Counted from the stretch's first letter, positions 22,622 through 33,651 are shown. The stretch is DNA of 64,000 nt from Candidatus Poribacteria bacterium (GCA_964291315.2 OZ219753.1:3168001-3232000); one strand, 5' to 3'. Program-made: numbers and translations. The notes: a model not told the origin generated them from the letters alone.

Positions 22622-24071
22622 ATGACACGATCGAAATACCTTTGGCTATTCTCTCTTTTAATCGTTTTAGCAATAATAGCCTTTTTTCTTTTTCGATTAC
22701 AGGAACCCTCTAAGAACGCTGCCGCCCCATCAAACCTGAAAACGACTGAAAAGAAGGTGCTCGGTAGTTTTGACAGTCAGACCCCAATGCAGACAACGCC
22801 CCTTAGCAACAGCACAGACGCATGGGAGACCTGGATCGAGAAACAAACCGAAGATCTCTTGAAGTTCGCCATTTCAGATTTGTATAAACAGATACCCGCT
22901 GCACAAACGCTTGAACCAGAACAGATTGAGGACATGAAAGCCAGCTTTCGGGCACAAATAGCAGAGCATGCGGCTCGACTGAAAAACGAAAGAACCGATC
23001 CGCCACCAATAAGTCCAACCTTCGAAACAACGTATAGGACCTCCGACTTTGAGAAATACACAGGTGCCCAAACGGTAGCGGCGATCATGGAAAAATATGA
23101 TGAAGGATACACTCGCTTCCATAAGGACACACTCGCGGACACAAAGTATCCAAGAGAGGAATGGCTCGCTATGCTGCTGGATCGCGGGATCACTATAGAG
23201 ACAATTCTGGACTATCAGAGCTACCTGCAGATACGCAAGGACTTAGCTCACTTGGAGAACAATCCGGGTGCCTGGGAATCGTGGGGGCACGGGGCGATCG
23301 CTCCAACGGACGACTGGGAAACCTACAAGTCTGCGTATACGGAACGGAAGATTTGGGAAGCCCAACAAGTTCAGCAAGCCCAGCGAGCAGATCCAAGCGT
23401 TGACGGCGGAATGTTTGGTGGGACGGATCGCAAAACGTTCCTTCCTATAAGGCACGACACCCTTTATGTCAAGCGACGCGGCATGAGATTCTCATTTTCT
23501 GGGGCACCCTTTAGAAATAAGACGCAAGAGTTTAACCTGATATTTCGCAGAGCCTGAGGGGTATGACATCATTTATCTGGATTCAAACGACAATATACTC
23601 AGCGAGCCGCCTCCGCCTATCACGCGGGAAGAGCTGATGAATGCGGGAGGTGCGGTGCTGCCAGAGGCGTGGTGGGAAGGCGACTTCAGCGAACAGTCCC
23701 TGACGGAGTTTCAAAGGGACGTTCCTATGCAAGAGATGCCTGAAACTCGGAGTGTAGAGGCTCCGCGTTTTGCTGCAGATGTCGAGCAAGAGATAAAGGC
23801 TCAGGTAGAGCAAGCACAACAGAGCACGGAGCGTTTATTAGAGAAGCTCACCCAGAGTGATGCTGATTTTCAGGAAGAGTTTAAGAAGCAGTTTCTGCCT
23901 GAGGTATCCGATGAGGGTTTTGAGAATACACTTCGGCGCCGTTTTTCACCGGAGCGTTTCAACGCGGCATTGCAGACGCTAAAACGTTATGGTCCTAAAG
24001 AGGGACTCCGTAAATTGAAAGAGGTTGATCCAGAAGTTGCGATACACTTAGAACGTTTAATCCAACGGTAA
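22622..24071 (+). pseudogene. N-terminally anchored orphan protein split by a frameshift near 23548
   Basis: ORF 22622-23557 ends ...FNLIFRRA. The +1 frame continues EPEGYDIIYLDSNDNILSEPPPPITREEL into ORF 23637-24071. Confidence 0.7.
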
Positions 24072-24085
24072 GGCGGAAAACACAA

Positions 24086-25285
24086 CGAAAGAAACGATTA
24101 GTCATTTTTCGGAAAGAAAGCACTTGCATGGAATGCGATTTCAGTGTTGCCTATTAACATTTGACTCGTGCGGATAGAAGATTTCTATCCGCACGTACCT
24201 GATTGGAGTTTTTATGAAATTATGGATGATTGCAGCAACCCTGTCTATTCTCTTGGCTTGTGGGTTCCTCGTCTATACAAAATGGGAAAAGCAGCATTTT
24301 TTAGAAGGTATTCCGAAAAATCCGGGACTCGAAAATCTTCCGAAACATCGAGCTGTCGACTCTACGGAACCCTTTAAGACGCAAGAGCTAAAAACTGAGC
24401 AGAATACACAACGGCATCCGAGATTAATTTTTGAACAGGCTGAGGACAGAAACTATCAGATAGAATCCCCGGATGAACATGCCGCCCCAAATTGGGATGA
24501 CAACGAATCCCCCGCTGAACAAAGCCAGGACCCCTGGGGAGACATGATCGACAAGGAGCGGATCAAAGCACGTGGGGCTTATATCGAGGATCCGGAAAAC
24601 ATGGAACTCGGAGAACTTGTTGAGGCGGAACGTCAACAACTCATTGAGCGATTTGGAGATATTCCTGAAGTGAGTCTTTATACTTCTTTGAAACCAGGAT
24701 ACTTGGTTGGGAAGCTAAATCTTGACGAACAGATAACTTTTTTCAAAGCCCAATATTCACTCTTTCCAAGCGAAAGTACTCGGAAGACAATTGTCTTAAG
24801 CGAATGGCAAAAATCGAGGGATGATAGAGGCGTTAGGCATCAAGATCCAACAGAGGCGGATCTAGAATATCTCAAATCCCAGGGTATTACTGTCAGAAGG
24901 ACAAAAAACAGTTTAACGATTACCAGTGAATAAGAATTAGCGATTGCAAGCATATCGTTTTCGGAAACACTTTTGACAGCGCCACATTCCAGCAGATCCA
25001 ATTCCGCTTTCGGTTTCCGGCGATGACAATAGACAAGAGTGTAGGATTTAAGGACACATTGTATGTTAAGAAAAAAGAACCTGCTTATAATAGGCGGGGT
25101 CTGTTGCCTCATAGGGGCTATTTTGCTTTATCTACACACTTCTTCCCGAAGAGTTAGCGAAGAAGTGAAGCCGCACCTTAAAAAGCTTTATGCCCTTTCG
25201 GGTGAACTGACTCTAGCACAAAAACTGGAATATATCGAGATAATGGCTGCCATTCAGGCCGTTCATAATCAAACGCCTCTTCCGG
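24086..25285 (+). repeat. Direct repeat R3, copy b
   Basis: Begins with a headless remnant of the peptide gene (KRLVIFRKESTCMECDFSVAY*). Confidence 0.95.
24214..24933 (+). CDS. 239-aa anchored orphan protein, copy 2
   Basis: 10 amino-acid differences from copy 1. Confidence 0.75.
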   Translation: MKLWMIAATLSILLACGFLVYTKWEKQHFLEGIPKNPGLENLPKHRAVDSTEPFKTQELKTEQNTQRHPRLIFEQAEDRNYQIESPDEHAAPNWDDNESPAEQSQDPWGDMIDKERIKARGAYIEDPENMELGELVEAERQQLIERFGDIPEVSLYTSLKPGYLVGKLNLDEQITFFKAQYSLFPSESTRKTIVLSEWQKSRDDRGVRHQDPTEADLEYLKSQGITVRRTKNSLTITSE

Positions 25286-25605
25286 ATGAGGAAGCTCGTC
25301 GTGTGTTGCAACATGCCTATACGCTCGTTATGTCAAACCCTGAACTTATTAAATTAGGCGGTATGATAGAGGATAAGGCACACGGCAACACCCATGAACA
25401 TAATTTGACCGAGCAAGAAAGGATACAAAAAAGGCTTGATGCATCGGTTGAAGATATCTTAAGCAATCCGATACCAAAACCACAAGGTTTTACGCCGCAG
25501 CGTTTTGAAAAGGCCACGCGAACCTTGGCAGAAAAAGGGATGCGCAGCCTCGAAAAAATAGATCCTGATATGGCGAAGTATCTTAAACAACTCATTACCC
25601 CCTGA
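25063..25605 (+). CDS. N-terminally anchored orphan protein (180 aa)
   Basis: N-terminal TM. C-terminal FTPQRF...GMRSLEKIDPDMA motif is shared with 23637-24071. Confidence 0.7.
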   Translation: MLRKKNLLIIGGVCCLIGAILLYLHTSSRRVSEEVKPHLKKLYALSGELTLAQKLEYIEIMAAIQAVHNQTPLPDEEARRVLQHAYTLVMSNPELIKLGGMIEDKAHGNTHEHNLTEQERIQKRLDASVEDILSNPIPKPQGFTPQRFEKATRTLAEKGMRSLEKIDPDMAKYLKQLITP

Positions 25606-25720
25606 AAAGAAAGGAAACCGAGCTGCCGAAGAGAGGGAAGGGGATCCGAAATTGGACATTTCACAGCCAGAACCCCTGACCGCACCTCTGGTGGTTGAAG
25701 CATTGGAATGGAGGCATTTT

Positions 25721-26059
25721 ATGAAGAAGATATTTCAAAATACAATCGATTCTCTTCATCTCTTTTTTGAGATGTCTTCGGAATGGAGACGTTTTACGAA
25801 GAAGGAGCCGAAGAAGAAGCCTCGGTTGGAACTCAGTTCTGCTGCGTGGAGTTTGGTAGGCACCCTCGGATATTTATTCGCTCGACTGGTCGATCACTGG
25901 TATCCGTTTCTGATTGCTGGTTTACTTGGTGTTGTGTTTTCTTTATTTGAGGGACCACACCCCCGCCCCAAACCAGCACGCGAGGCCTACGCAGAGTATC
26001 TGGCAAGGCGGCAAGAGCAGAAAAGGCAAAGAGACTCAAGTCGTAACCCGGAAAAATGA
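25721..26059 (+). CDS. Small two-TM orphan membrane protein (112 aa)
   Basis: GGAGG RBS before ATG 25721 and two hydrophobic segments. Confidence 0.55.
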   Translation: MKKIFQNTIDSLHLFFEMSSEWRRFTKKEPKKKPRLELSSAAWSLVGTLGYLFARLVDHWYPFLIAGLLGVVFSLFEGPHPRPKPAREAYAEYLARRQEQKRQRDSSRNPEK

Positions 26060-26191
26060 AGACGCATTTGCAAAGCATCGTAGACATCTTGTCAGAACCG
26101 AGTGCCTTGTTCACACGCCTCATGTGGAAAGATGTTCTCTCCAGCAAACTCGCTTTCAATTTTGGAAAACACTCATTTCTTACAAATTAAT

Positions 26192-26220
26192 TTGACAGTT
26201 CCTCTCTTAGAATGTATAAT
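26192..26220 (+). promoter_or_regulatory. tRNA-Ile promoter
   Basis: Perfect TTGACA-17 bp-TATAAT. It shares the upstream palindrome CAAATTAATTTG with the rRNA promoter. Confidence 0.85.
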
Positions 26221-26278
26221 TAATATTAGATTTGGCCAAAAAATAGGTGTTCTTTCCCTGAACATCTATATTCCTCAA

Positions 26279-26352
26279 GGGCTTATAGCTCAGACGGTTA
26301 GAGCGCGCGCCTGATAAGCGCGAGGTCCCTGGTTCGATTCCAGGTAAGCCCA
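26279..26352 (+). tRNA. tRNA-Ile (GAU); CCA not encoded
   Basis: Acceptor GGGCTTA/TAAGCCC, anticodon loop CTGATAA, T-loop GGTTCGATTCC. Confidence 0.95.
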
Positions 26353-26525
26353 CCTTCCTCCCTATCGCCCCCTTCACAGTCTATCTGCGGAGATTTTAAT
26401 TGAAGAAAAATATCTGGACTGGGTTTTAATACGTGCTACGATGAAGGCTAATCGTTCATACCCGTCCATATTCGGTATTGCTGCAAGCAAGTCTGAAATC
26501 TCTGACCTGTGAGGAGAAACGTTCT

Positions 26526-28052
26526 ATGCTGCTAACGCTCATCCGTCGAGAGCTTCTCGACAACCTCATGACCTTCCGTTTCGCGGCTGCAGTCTTCATT
26601 ACACTGCTGCTGGTGGTTGCCAATACCGTTGTCCTCCTCAAGGACTATGAACAGAGACTCGCCGCTTACAACACCGCCACCACGGAAAGTCGCCAGAGAT
26701 TAGAGAAAGAAAAAGTCTATGCGCGTTACGCTAAAAAACTGGTTGTGCATCGTCCTCCGAACCCTTTGAGCATTTTCAACCTGGGATTAGATAGGCAGGT
26801 GGGTAACAAAATTAATATATACCACGCGTTTGTACCGACAATTTGGGATGCAGAGAAGCACGGTTCGGATAATCCGTTTCTCAACCTCTTCAATTCAATT
26901 GATATTGCCTCTATTTTTCAGGGGACGCTGAGTCTCCTCGCGCTAATTTTCGCTTACGATGCGCTGGCTGGTGAACGTGAACGCGGTACGTTACGCCTTG
27001 TACTGACACACCCGATCCGGCGCGGATACATCCTATTTGCCAAGTACATCAGTGCGATGCTTTGTTTACTGTTGCCGTTGCTGATAAGCCTTCTCCTATC
27101 TGTCATCTTGCTGACGACATCCCCAGCGATTTTTCTGAACACAGGCGAATTTCTTCGGATCGGTGGGATTGTCCTAACGTCATTTCTTTATCTGTCGCTG
27201 TTCTATCTCATCGGCATGGGTATCTCCTTGATGACGCGTCGAAGCGGTACCGCGCTCATGCTTTGCATGTTCGTCTGGGGTCTCTTAGTGCTTGTGTATC
27301 CGAACCTGATTGTTACTGCTGTTGAAATTACCCCGCAACCTGATACGCAACTATCTGTCTATAACCAAATCAGACAGATATGGGAAAAATTGGACAGAGA
27401 AAATAAGCAGTTTCTCCGTAATGATACTGTCCTGGGCCCTCTATCGCGTGGCGGCGAAGATTGGGGGTTTAAACTAGAAGGCGTTGAATATACCTTTCCG
27501 GTGAGTGCGGACAACCCATCAACACTGCTTTACTTTTACCAAACCGGATTCTATGCTGGAAAAGTTAAGGCGGAATCTGAACCATTGGTACCGTACGTAC
27601 AGGACTATTACCGTTACTATAGTAGAGAAGTTGCAGATACCGTGCAGCAAACGTGGCTTGTTCGTAAGCCTGCCTTAGAGACCGCCTACGTCCGCCCTGC
27701 AAACCTCGGGCGAGTACTATTAAAGTTCTCACCCGTTGGGTTGTATGATGCAGCAACGGAGGCTTGGGCAGGCACTGGTTTAGAGGGGATTCAAGACTTT
27801 TTCAGTGCGGTTCGACGTTACCGGCGCGCGGTCCTTGACTATTTCCATGACGAAAAAATATTTGAATCGCGACAATGGTTTGCTGCCGATAGGGGCACAG
27901 CTGATTGGAACGCGCTCCCTCGGTTTTCTTTTCAGCGGAGCAGTATAAACATCAACGCACAGAGAGCTTTGCCAGATTTAACCTTATTGTTTATGATTAA
28001 CCTCATGCTGTTCACTGTCATATTCCTGATTTTCATCAAGAGCGAGGTATAA
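26526..28052 (+). CDS. ABC-2 type permease with a large extracytoplasmic loop (type A)
   Basis: LIRRELLDNL, AYDALAGERERGTLRL, FAKY and multiple TMs. Confidence 0.85.
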   Translation: MLLTLIRRELLDNLMTFRFAAAVFITLLLVVANTVVLLKDYEQRLAAYNTATTESRQRLEKEKVYARYAKKLVVHRPPNPLSIFNLGLDRQVGNKINIYHAFVPTIWDAEKHGSDNPFLNLFNSIDIASIFQGTLSLLALIFAYDALAGERERGTLRLVLTHPIRRGYILFAKYISAMLCLLLPLLISLLLSVILLTTSPAIFLNTGEFLRIGGIVLTSFLYLSLFYLIGMGISLMTRRSGTALMLCMFVWGLLVLVYPNLIVTAVEITPQPDTQLSVYNQIRQIWEKLDRENKQFLRNDTVLGPLSRGGEDWGFKLEGVEYTFPVSADNPSTLLYFYQTGFYAGKVKAESEPLVPYVQDYYRYYSREVADTVQQTWLVRKPALETAYVRPANLGRVLLKFSPVGLYDAATEAWAGTGLEGIQDFFSAVRRYRRAVLDYFHDEKIFESRQWFAADRGTADWNALPRFSFQRSSININAQRALPDLTLLFMINLMLFTVIFLIFIKSEV

Positions 28053-28203
28053 GCGTTTTCATCAGCGTGGGGTGTTGCGGTCTCTTTCAGTTATCCGTTT
28101 CCAATGAGGCGACTATGTGGTAGGCAAGCGGTTTTCAACAACCAACATTCTAACTGACGATTGAAACGAACGGAGCAAAAAGAGGGACAACTTGCAACGA
28201 TAA

Positions 28204-29628
28204 ATGTGGCATATTATAAAACGGGAAATCTATGATAATCTCAATAGTCTCCGCTTTGCGCTAACATTTGTATTATTGTTAGCCCTGATGGTAACGAATG
28301 CTGTCGGCTATCTCCGAGAACATCCAAAACGCGTGCAAGAGTACCGGAATGCTGTCACCGAATCTTTGAATCGTTTGAATGTTCATGCTGAAGGCAGTCT
28401 CTATAAACTGGCACAATATGGGCCGGGGAATTTCTACAAGAAGCCCTCTCCACTTCACTTCTGTGCAAACGGAGGTTTCTCCCTTTTACCGGATAGAGTC
28501 GAAGTGGACGAACCACGTGTGTTCGCAACGGATTCGGAAGGTAACTCGACACTCGTCGGACTCTGGCGTTTGCTATATCTAGAGGCCAACCTTCAGAATA
28601 AGAACGTTGGTCCGGACGTTCCACAAGTGGATTGGGCGTTCATCATCGGTTACGTTTTAAGCTTGATAGCCCTTTTGTTTACCTTCGACACCTTTTCTGG
28701 CGAACGCGAGCGCGGGACACTCCGGTTGATGTTGGCAAATCCAGTGCCTCGACACACGCTCCTTATCGGCAAGTTTTTAGGAGCAATGATCAGTATCAGC
28801 ATCCCGTTTACAATTGCGGTAGTGGTAAATCTCTTGTTGATTTCTACTGCTAGTACTGTTCACCTCACGTCAGAGGCATGGGCACGCTTAGGTATTATCT
28901 TCTGTGTTGCGCTTTTGTACACAAGTCTGTTTTTGGTGTTAGGCGTGTTAGTCTCTACGCGTGTGCAACAGAGCTCGGTGAGTCTGATGATACTTCTTTT
29001 GACGTGGATAACCTTTGTTGTCTTTATGCCCAGCACCCTTGCTTCAATTGCAAGTGGTTATTCACCTACCGGGTCCTTTGATGAATTTTGGAAGCGGCGG
29101 AACCCAATTCAAGAGGATTTATGGGATAAATATGACGAGTGGATCTGGTCAGACGAATTGGACGACAAGACGTTGCGCGGGAAAAGTGAGTTCTTCACCA
29201 AAAATGTTGAAAGATCGGAGCGGTGGCACGAAACACGGTTAAAGTATCGGAGTACTCAAGTGCAACGCGCCCGCGCTATCTCTAGTATCTCACCGGCCAC
29301 ACTGCTGAAGCATCTTATTGAAGGGTTTGCCGGAACCGGATTTGAGCGGCATCTGCAATTTGTGGAGAATGTACAACATTACGCCCGGCAATTCCGCGAA
29401 TTCATCGTTGACACCGATAGAGGCGACCCTGAAAGTCTTCATATCATAGGCGTTCGTGAAGGCATGTCACAGAAGCTCATCAATCTAGCAGGAGTTCCGA
29501 GATTTGAAGATAGATTCAATCTCAGTCAGGACTTCAATACTAGAGCAGCGGAATTGCTGCTCTTAGCACTGCTTGTCGTTGTCCTACTCTCCGGGGCATA
29601 TCTTGCATTTGTGCGCGCGGAGGTGTGA
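28204..29628 (+). CDS. ABC-2 type permease (type B)
   Basis: MWHIIKRE, FDTFSGERERGTLRL and GKF. Confidence 0.85.
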   Translation: MWHIIKREIYDNLNSLRFALTFVLLLALMVTNAVGYLREHPKRVQEYRNAVTESLNRLNVHAEGSLYKLAQYGPGNFYKKPSPLHFCANGGFSLLPDRVEVDEPRVFATDSEGNSTLVGLWRLLYLEANLQNKNVGPDVPQVDWAFIIGYVLSLIALLFTFDTFSGERERGTLRLMLANPVPRHTLLIGKFLGAMISISIPFTIAVVVNLLLISTASTVHLTSEAWARLGIIFCVALLYTSLFLVLGVLVSTRVQQSSVSLMILLLTWITFVVFMPSTLASIASGYSPTGSFDEFWKRRNPIQEDLWDKYDEWIWSDELDDKTLRGKSEFFTKNVERSERWHETRLKYRSTQVQRARAISSISPATLLKHLIEGFAGTGFERHLQFVENVQHYARQFREFIVDTDRGDPESLHIIGVREGMSQKLINLAGVPRFEDRFNLSQDFNTRAAELLLLALLVVVLLSGAYLAFVRAEV

Positions 29629-29634
29629 GCCAAA

Positions 29635-31128
29635 ATGCTCAAAGTACTCATCGTTAGAGAACTGCTTGACAACCTCATGACCTTCCGTTTTGCCGCGGTC
29701 TTGCTGATTACACTCCTGCTCGTTGTTGCAAATACCGTTGTGCTTGTTCAAGATTACGAACTCCGTTTAGCGAGTTACAACGATGCTGTCAAAATCCACA
29801 ACGTGGAACTACGGAAGGCAAAGACCTATTCTAAGATGTACCTGACTGTTGACCGGCCCCCCAATCCGTTGAGTATTTTTAATGTCGGATTGGATAAACG
29901 TTTAGGTAATTCTAGCGGCATCTGGCATGGATTCGTTCCGACGCTCTGGGACGCTCAGAAGCACGGCACCGATAACCCGTTTATCGCCTTCTTTTCTTCC
30001 ATGGATATTGTCTTTGTCTTTAAGGTGATTTTGAGTCTTATAGGGTTGATATTCGCTTACGACGCGATTACAAGGGAGCGGGAGCGTGGCACCCTACGAC
30101 TTGTTCTTGCACAGCCCGTCGGACGCGGACAGATCCTGCTTGCAAAATATATGAGTGCGATGGTATGCCTGTTAGTTCCGTTAATATTAAGCCTTCTTTT
30201 TGCCCTACTGTTGATAACCCGTTTGATTCCGTTATCAACTGCGGATTTCCTCCGCGTCGCTGGAATTGTGTTTACGTCGTTTGCCTATCTGTCCTTGTTC
30301 TATCTCATTGGATTGTTGATATCCGCGATGACCCAAAGAACCGGTACTGCGGTGATGATCGCAATGTTCGTATGGGGCTTTCTGATACTTGTGTACCCAA
30401 ATCTGATTCGGGCAACAGTTAACCCAGGAGGCGATATTCGCGAGCGCACAAAGTCCGCAGAAAATCAAATTCGACAGATTGTAGATGAATATGAGAGAGC
30501 ACGGCAAGAATTTCTTGAAAAGGAGGGTGTCGCCGGCGAAACATCTGAGTTTAACAAGGCTTTGGGGCTTTACACGGATGCACACGTGGATCCAGTCACC
30601 CTCTCGCCTTATTTGGAAAATATGAGCGAGATTTCAGAAATTCCCCCGAAGTTTGAGAAGTACGTTTCAGTCGCTAAGCGATATTATGCATTTGTGGAAC
30701 CGCTGGCTGCCGATGCCGCAGAAAAGGCATGGTTCATACAGAGGCAGGCACTTGATGCCACTTTTGTTCGACAAGCCGAAACGGATAGAGCACTGTTGAA
30801 GCTTTCACCGGTGGGTATCTATGAGGCCGCAACACAAGCATGGGCAGGTACTGACTTATCGGGGCTTAGAGATTTTTTTCGGGCAGCACGCCGCTACCGA
30901 AGGATCCTAATTGATTATTTTTACGCAAAGAACGCATTTTCATCACGGGAGTGGTTTGTTGCCGATAGAGGCGTGGTCGATTGGAGCACACTCCCCACAT
31001 TTACTTACCAGAGAAACAATATAGGGGTGAATGCCAAACGAGCATTGCCCAACCTACTTCTATTGTTGATAGCTAACCTCACACTATTTATGGGGATAGT
31101 TCTCGTTTTCATCAAAAGCGAGGTATAG
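29635..31128 (+). CDS. ABC-2 type permease (type A paralog)
   Basis: Paralog of 26526-28052 with the same FIKSEV C-terminus. Confidence 0.85.
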   Translation: MLKVLIVRELLDNLMTFRFAAVLLITLLLVVANTVVLVQDYELRLASYNDAVKIHNVELRKAKTYSKMYLTVDRPPNPLSIFNVGLDKRLGNSSGIWHGFVPTLWDAQKHGTDNPFIAFFSSMDIVFVFKVILSLIGLIFAYDAITRERERGTLRLVLAQPVGRGQILLAKYMSAMVCLLVPLILSLLFALLLITRLIPLSTADFLRVAGIVFTSFAYLSLFYLIGLLISAMTQRTGTAVMIAMFVWGFLILVYPNLIRATVNPGGDIRERTKSAENQIRQIVDEYERARQEFLEKEGVAGETSEFNKALGLYTDAHVDPVTLSPYLENMSEISEIPPKFEKYVSVAKRYYAFVEPLAADAAEKAWFIQRQALDATFVRQAETDRALLKLSPVGIYEAATQAWAGTDLSGLRDFFRAARRYRRILIDYFYAKNAFSSREWFVADRGVVDWSTLPTFTYQRNNIGVNAKRALPNLLLLLIANLTLFMGIVLVFIKSEV

Positions 31129-31296
31129 AATAACGGGCAGCAGGGAGCTATCAGCTCGTAGCTTGCTTGAACTGCATCTCATTAGAGTGCCTGCCGAAAA
31201 AACGCAATGTCCGTTTGGGCCTGACCTCTCCAAGAACGAGTGACATTCAACATATTTTTGCGGATTGAAAACTGACAACGGACAACTATTTAACCG

Positions 31297-32697
31297 ATGT
31301 GGCATATCACAAAGCGTGAACTCTACGACACCGTCAATAGCCTGCGTTTCGCGTTGGGAACGGTGCTCCTCCTAGTGTTGATGTTAACCAATGCTGTTCT
31401 GCATCTGCGTGAACATCCGGCGCGTCTACAAGCGTATCATAACGCAGCTGCAGAATCTATAAAGACGTTAGAATCGCGCAGTACCAGTTTATATCGTCTT
31501 GCAACAGAAGGCCCTGGAGACCTCCATAAAGCCCCCTCATCCCTCCATTTCTGTGCTGAAGGCGACGAGGTACTTTTACCTAGACATGCCAGTGGCATAA
31601 ACTACTTTCGCTATGTCGCCAACGCTAGGCCCGTCTGGCGGATGGTGTATCCACAAGAGACACCTGATCTACGGAATATCCGTCCTGAGTTTACTACACT
31701 CGATTGGGCGTTTATTATCGGCTACGTACTGAGCTTTATCGCCATCCTGTTCACTTTTGACGCAATTTCTGGTGAATTGGATCGCGGCACCTTGCGACTG
31801 ACTTTAGCAAACGCTATTCCGCGGCATACGGTGCTGATCGGAAAGTTCTGCGGAGCATTTATCAGCATTAACATACCCTTCACTATTGCGGTGCTGATGA
31901 ATCTACTTCTCATCTCTACCTCGAACGCCATACACCTTAACGTCGAGGCATGGAGCCGTTTAGGTATCTTGTACGCTATCGCTATCCTCTATGTCTGCCT
32001 GTTTATTGCTTTAGGACTCTTCATATCTGCTGTAGTTCGAGAAAGTGGGGTGAGTCTTGTCGTTCTCCTTTTAATCTGGGTGAGCTTTGTGATTTTTATG
32101 CCGAATACATTGGCATCAATTGGAAGTCAAACGTCAGTGCCGACGGCGTATATGAAATTTTGGAATCAACGCATTCAAATTACCGATGAAGTGCGCGCAG
32201 CCTATCGAGATAAATACGGAGATTCCGAGACAACACCGCCGCTGCATGTAGTCGGTGAGTATGTCAATTCAGAGGCGGAACAGTACGAGCATTTCAATGA
32301 GCAGTATTTGAAGCAACAAATTGCACAGGGAAAACGGGCGCGGGCGATAACCCGTATATCACCAACAGCAATGGTTCAACGCCTATTTGAATCTTTTGCT
32401 GGGACCGGGTTTGAACGGCATCTACAGTTTATTGAGAATGTGCAGCGTTATGCACGGAAATACCGCGAATTCGTCATTGATACCGATAGGGCGGATCCTG
32501 AAAGCCTTCACGTTGTTGGAGTTCAAGAAGGCATGTCACAAAAAAGTGTCAGCCCAGAGGCGATCCCAAAATTTAAAGACGCACTCAGCCTCAACAAAGA
32601 CTTCGATGCAGCCGCAATGGACTTGCTGCTATTGGTTCTGTTTCTGGCGGTGCTTGTGTCGATTGCGTACCTCGCCTTTGTGAGTCTTGAGATTTAA
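31297..32697 (+). CDS. ABC-2 type permease (type B paralog)
   Basis: Paralog of 28204-29628 (FAGTGFERHLQF, DTDR.DPESLH). Confidence 0.85.
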   Translation: MWHITKRELYDTVNSLRFALGTVLLLVLMLTNAVLHLREHPARLQAYHNAAAESIKTLESRSTSLYRLATEGPGDLHKAPSSLHFCAEGDEVLLPRHASGINYFRYVANARPVWRMVYPQETPDLRNIRPEFTTLDWAFIIGYVLSFIAILFTFDAISGELDRGTLRLTLANAIPRHTVLIGKFCGAFISINIPFTIAVLMNLLLISTSNAIHLNVEAWSRLGILYAIAILYVCLFIALGLFISAVVRESGVSLVVLLLIWVSFVIFMPNTLASIGSQTSVPTAYMKFWNQRIQITDEVRAAYRDKYGDSETTPPLHVVGEYVNSEAEQYEHFNEQYLKQQIAQGKRARAITRISPTAMVQRLFESFAGTGFERHLQFIENVQRYARKYREFVIDTDRADPESLHVVGVQEGMSQKSVSPEAIPKFKDALSLNKDFDAAAMDLLLLVLFLAVLVSIAYLAFVSLEI

Positions 32698-32748
32698 CTT
32701 TACGATCCATCCATTTGCAGTCGGGAAGATATTTATATTAAATCCGGT

Positions 32749-33651
32749 CTATGGCACCAATTCGCCTCGACTTGCAGTCAATTCAGCGTAAAGCCGCTGC
32801 AGTTGGGTTGTCACTGGGCTAATGCCTCCGTTTCCAATTTTCCTGCCGTCAACCTCTAAGACTGGACTCAGCTCACCGACAGTCCCAGTGGTAAAGACTT
32901 CGTCTGCAGTATAAACTTCAGTCAATGACAAGTTCCGTTCTGTGAGTGGGATACCAGCGTCATGAGCAATTTGGATGACCGTTCCACGTGTAATTCCTGG
33001 TAGGCAGCTATCGGCGTGTGGGGTTAGTACCCGTCCGCGTTTTATAACAAAGATATTCGTCGCGTTTGTCTCTGAAACGTACCCGTGGATGTCGAGCATA
33101 ATTGCATCGTCCATGCCAGCAACGTTCGCCTCAATCTTAGCGAGGATGTTGTTAATCAGGTTATTGTGGTGGATTTTAGAATCGACACACTGTGGCGGAT
33201 TCCTTCGGATCGCTGAAGTGATTAAACGGACACCATCGCTAGCATAGATAGGCGGCTTCCACTCCGCAATTACAATTAAAGTCGTGCCGTACTGGTTGAC
33301 GCGTGGGTCCATACTGGATGTGATCTTTTTTCCGCGGCCGAGCGTTAGACGGATATGAACGTTGTCTCGCATGCCGTTGGCTGCGAGCGTTTCGAAAATC
33401 GCTTTTTTAACTTCGGCGCGCGTCGGAACGCCTGCAAATGCCATAGCATGCGCGGAATCCATGAGTCGATCGAGGTGTGCATCCAAAGCGAAGATTTTCC
33501 CGTTATAGACACGCAACCCCTCCCATACACCATCACCACCTTGAACAAGGCTGTCGAACACAGAAATTTTCGCATCTTCGCGCCGGAGCAATTCGCCGTT
33601 GACGTGGATTAATATATTTTCGTTTCTTGCATCAGGTAATTTAGGTTCCAT
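32749..33651 (-). CDS. Class IV aminotransferase (branched-chain amino acid aminotransferase-like)
   Basis: GDGVWEGLR, ETNATNIF, LPGITR and DEVFTTGT. Confidence 0.88.
   Translation of the reverse strand: MEPKLPDARNENILIHVNGELLRREDAKISVFDSLVQGGDGVWEGLRVYNGKIFALDAHLDRLMDSAHAMAFAGVPTRAEVKKAIFETLAANGMRDNVHIRLTLGRGKKITSSMDPRVNQYGTTLIVIAEWKPPIYASDGVRLITSAIRRNPPQCVDSKIHHNNLINNILAKIEANVAGMDDAIMLDIHGYVSETNATNIFVIKRGRVLTPHADSCLPGITRGTVIQIAHDAGIPLTERNLSLTEVYTADEVFTTGTVGELSPVLEVDGRKIGNGGISPVTTQLQRLYAELTASRGELVP

Noticed and set aside
20190-25285. R3 copies as a diversity-generating retroelement TR/VR pair
   Set aside because: Differences are not confined to adenines of one copy, the repeat is far longer than a typical TR, and no reverse transcriptase is in the window.
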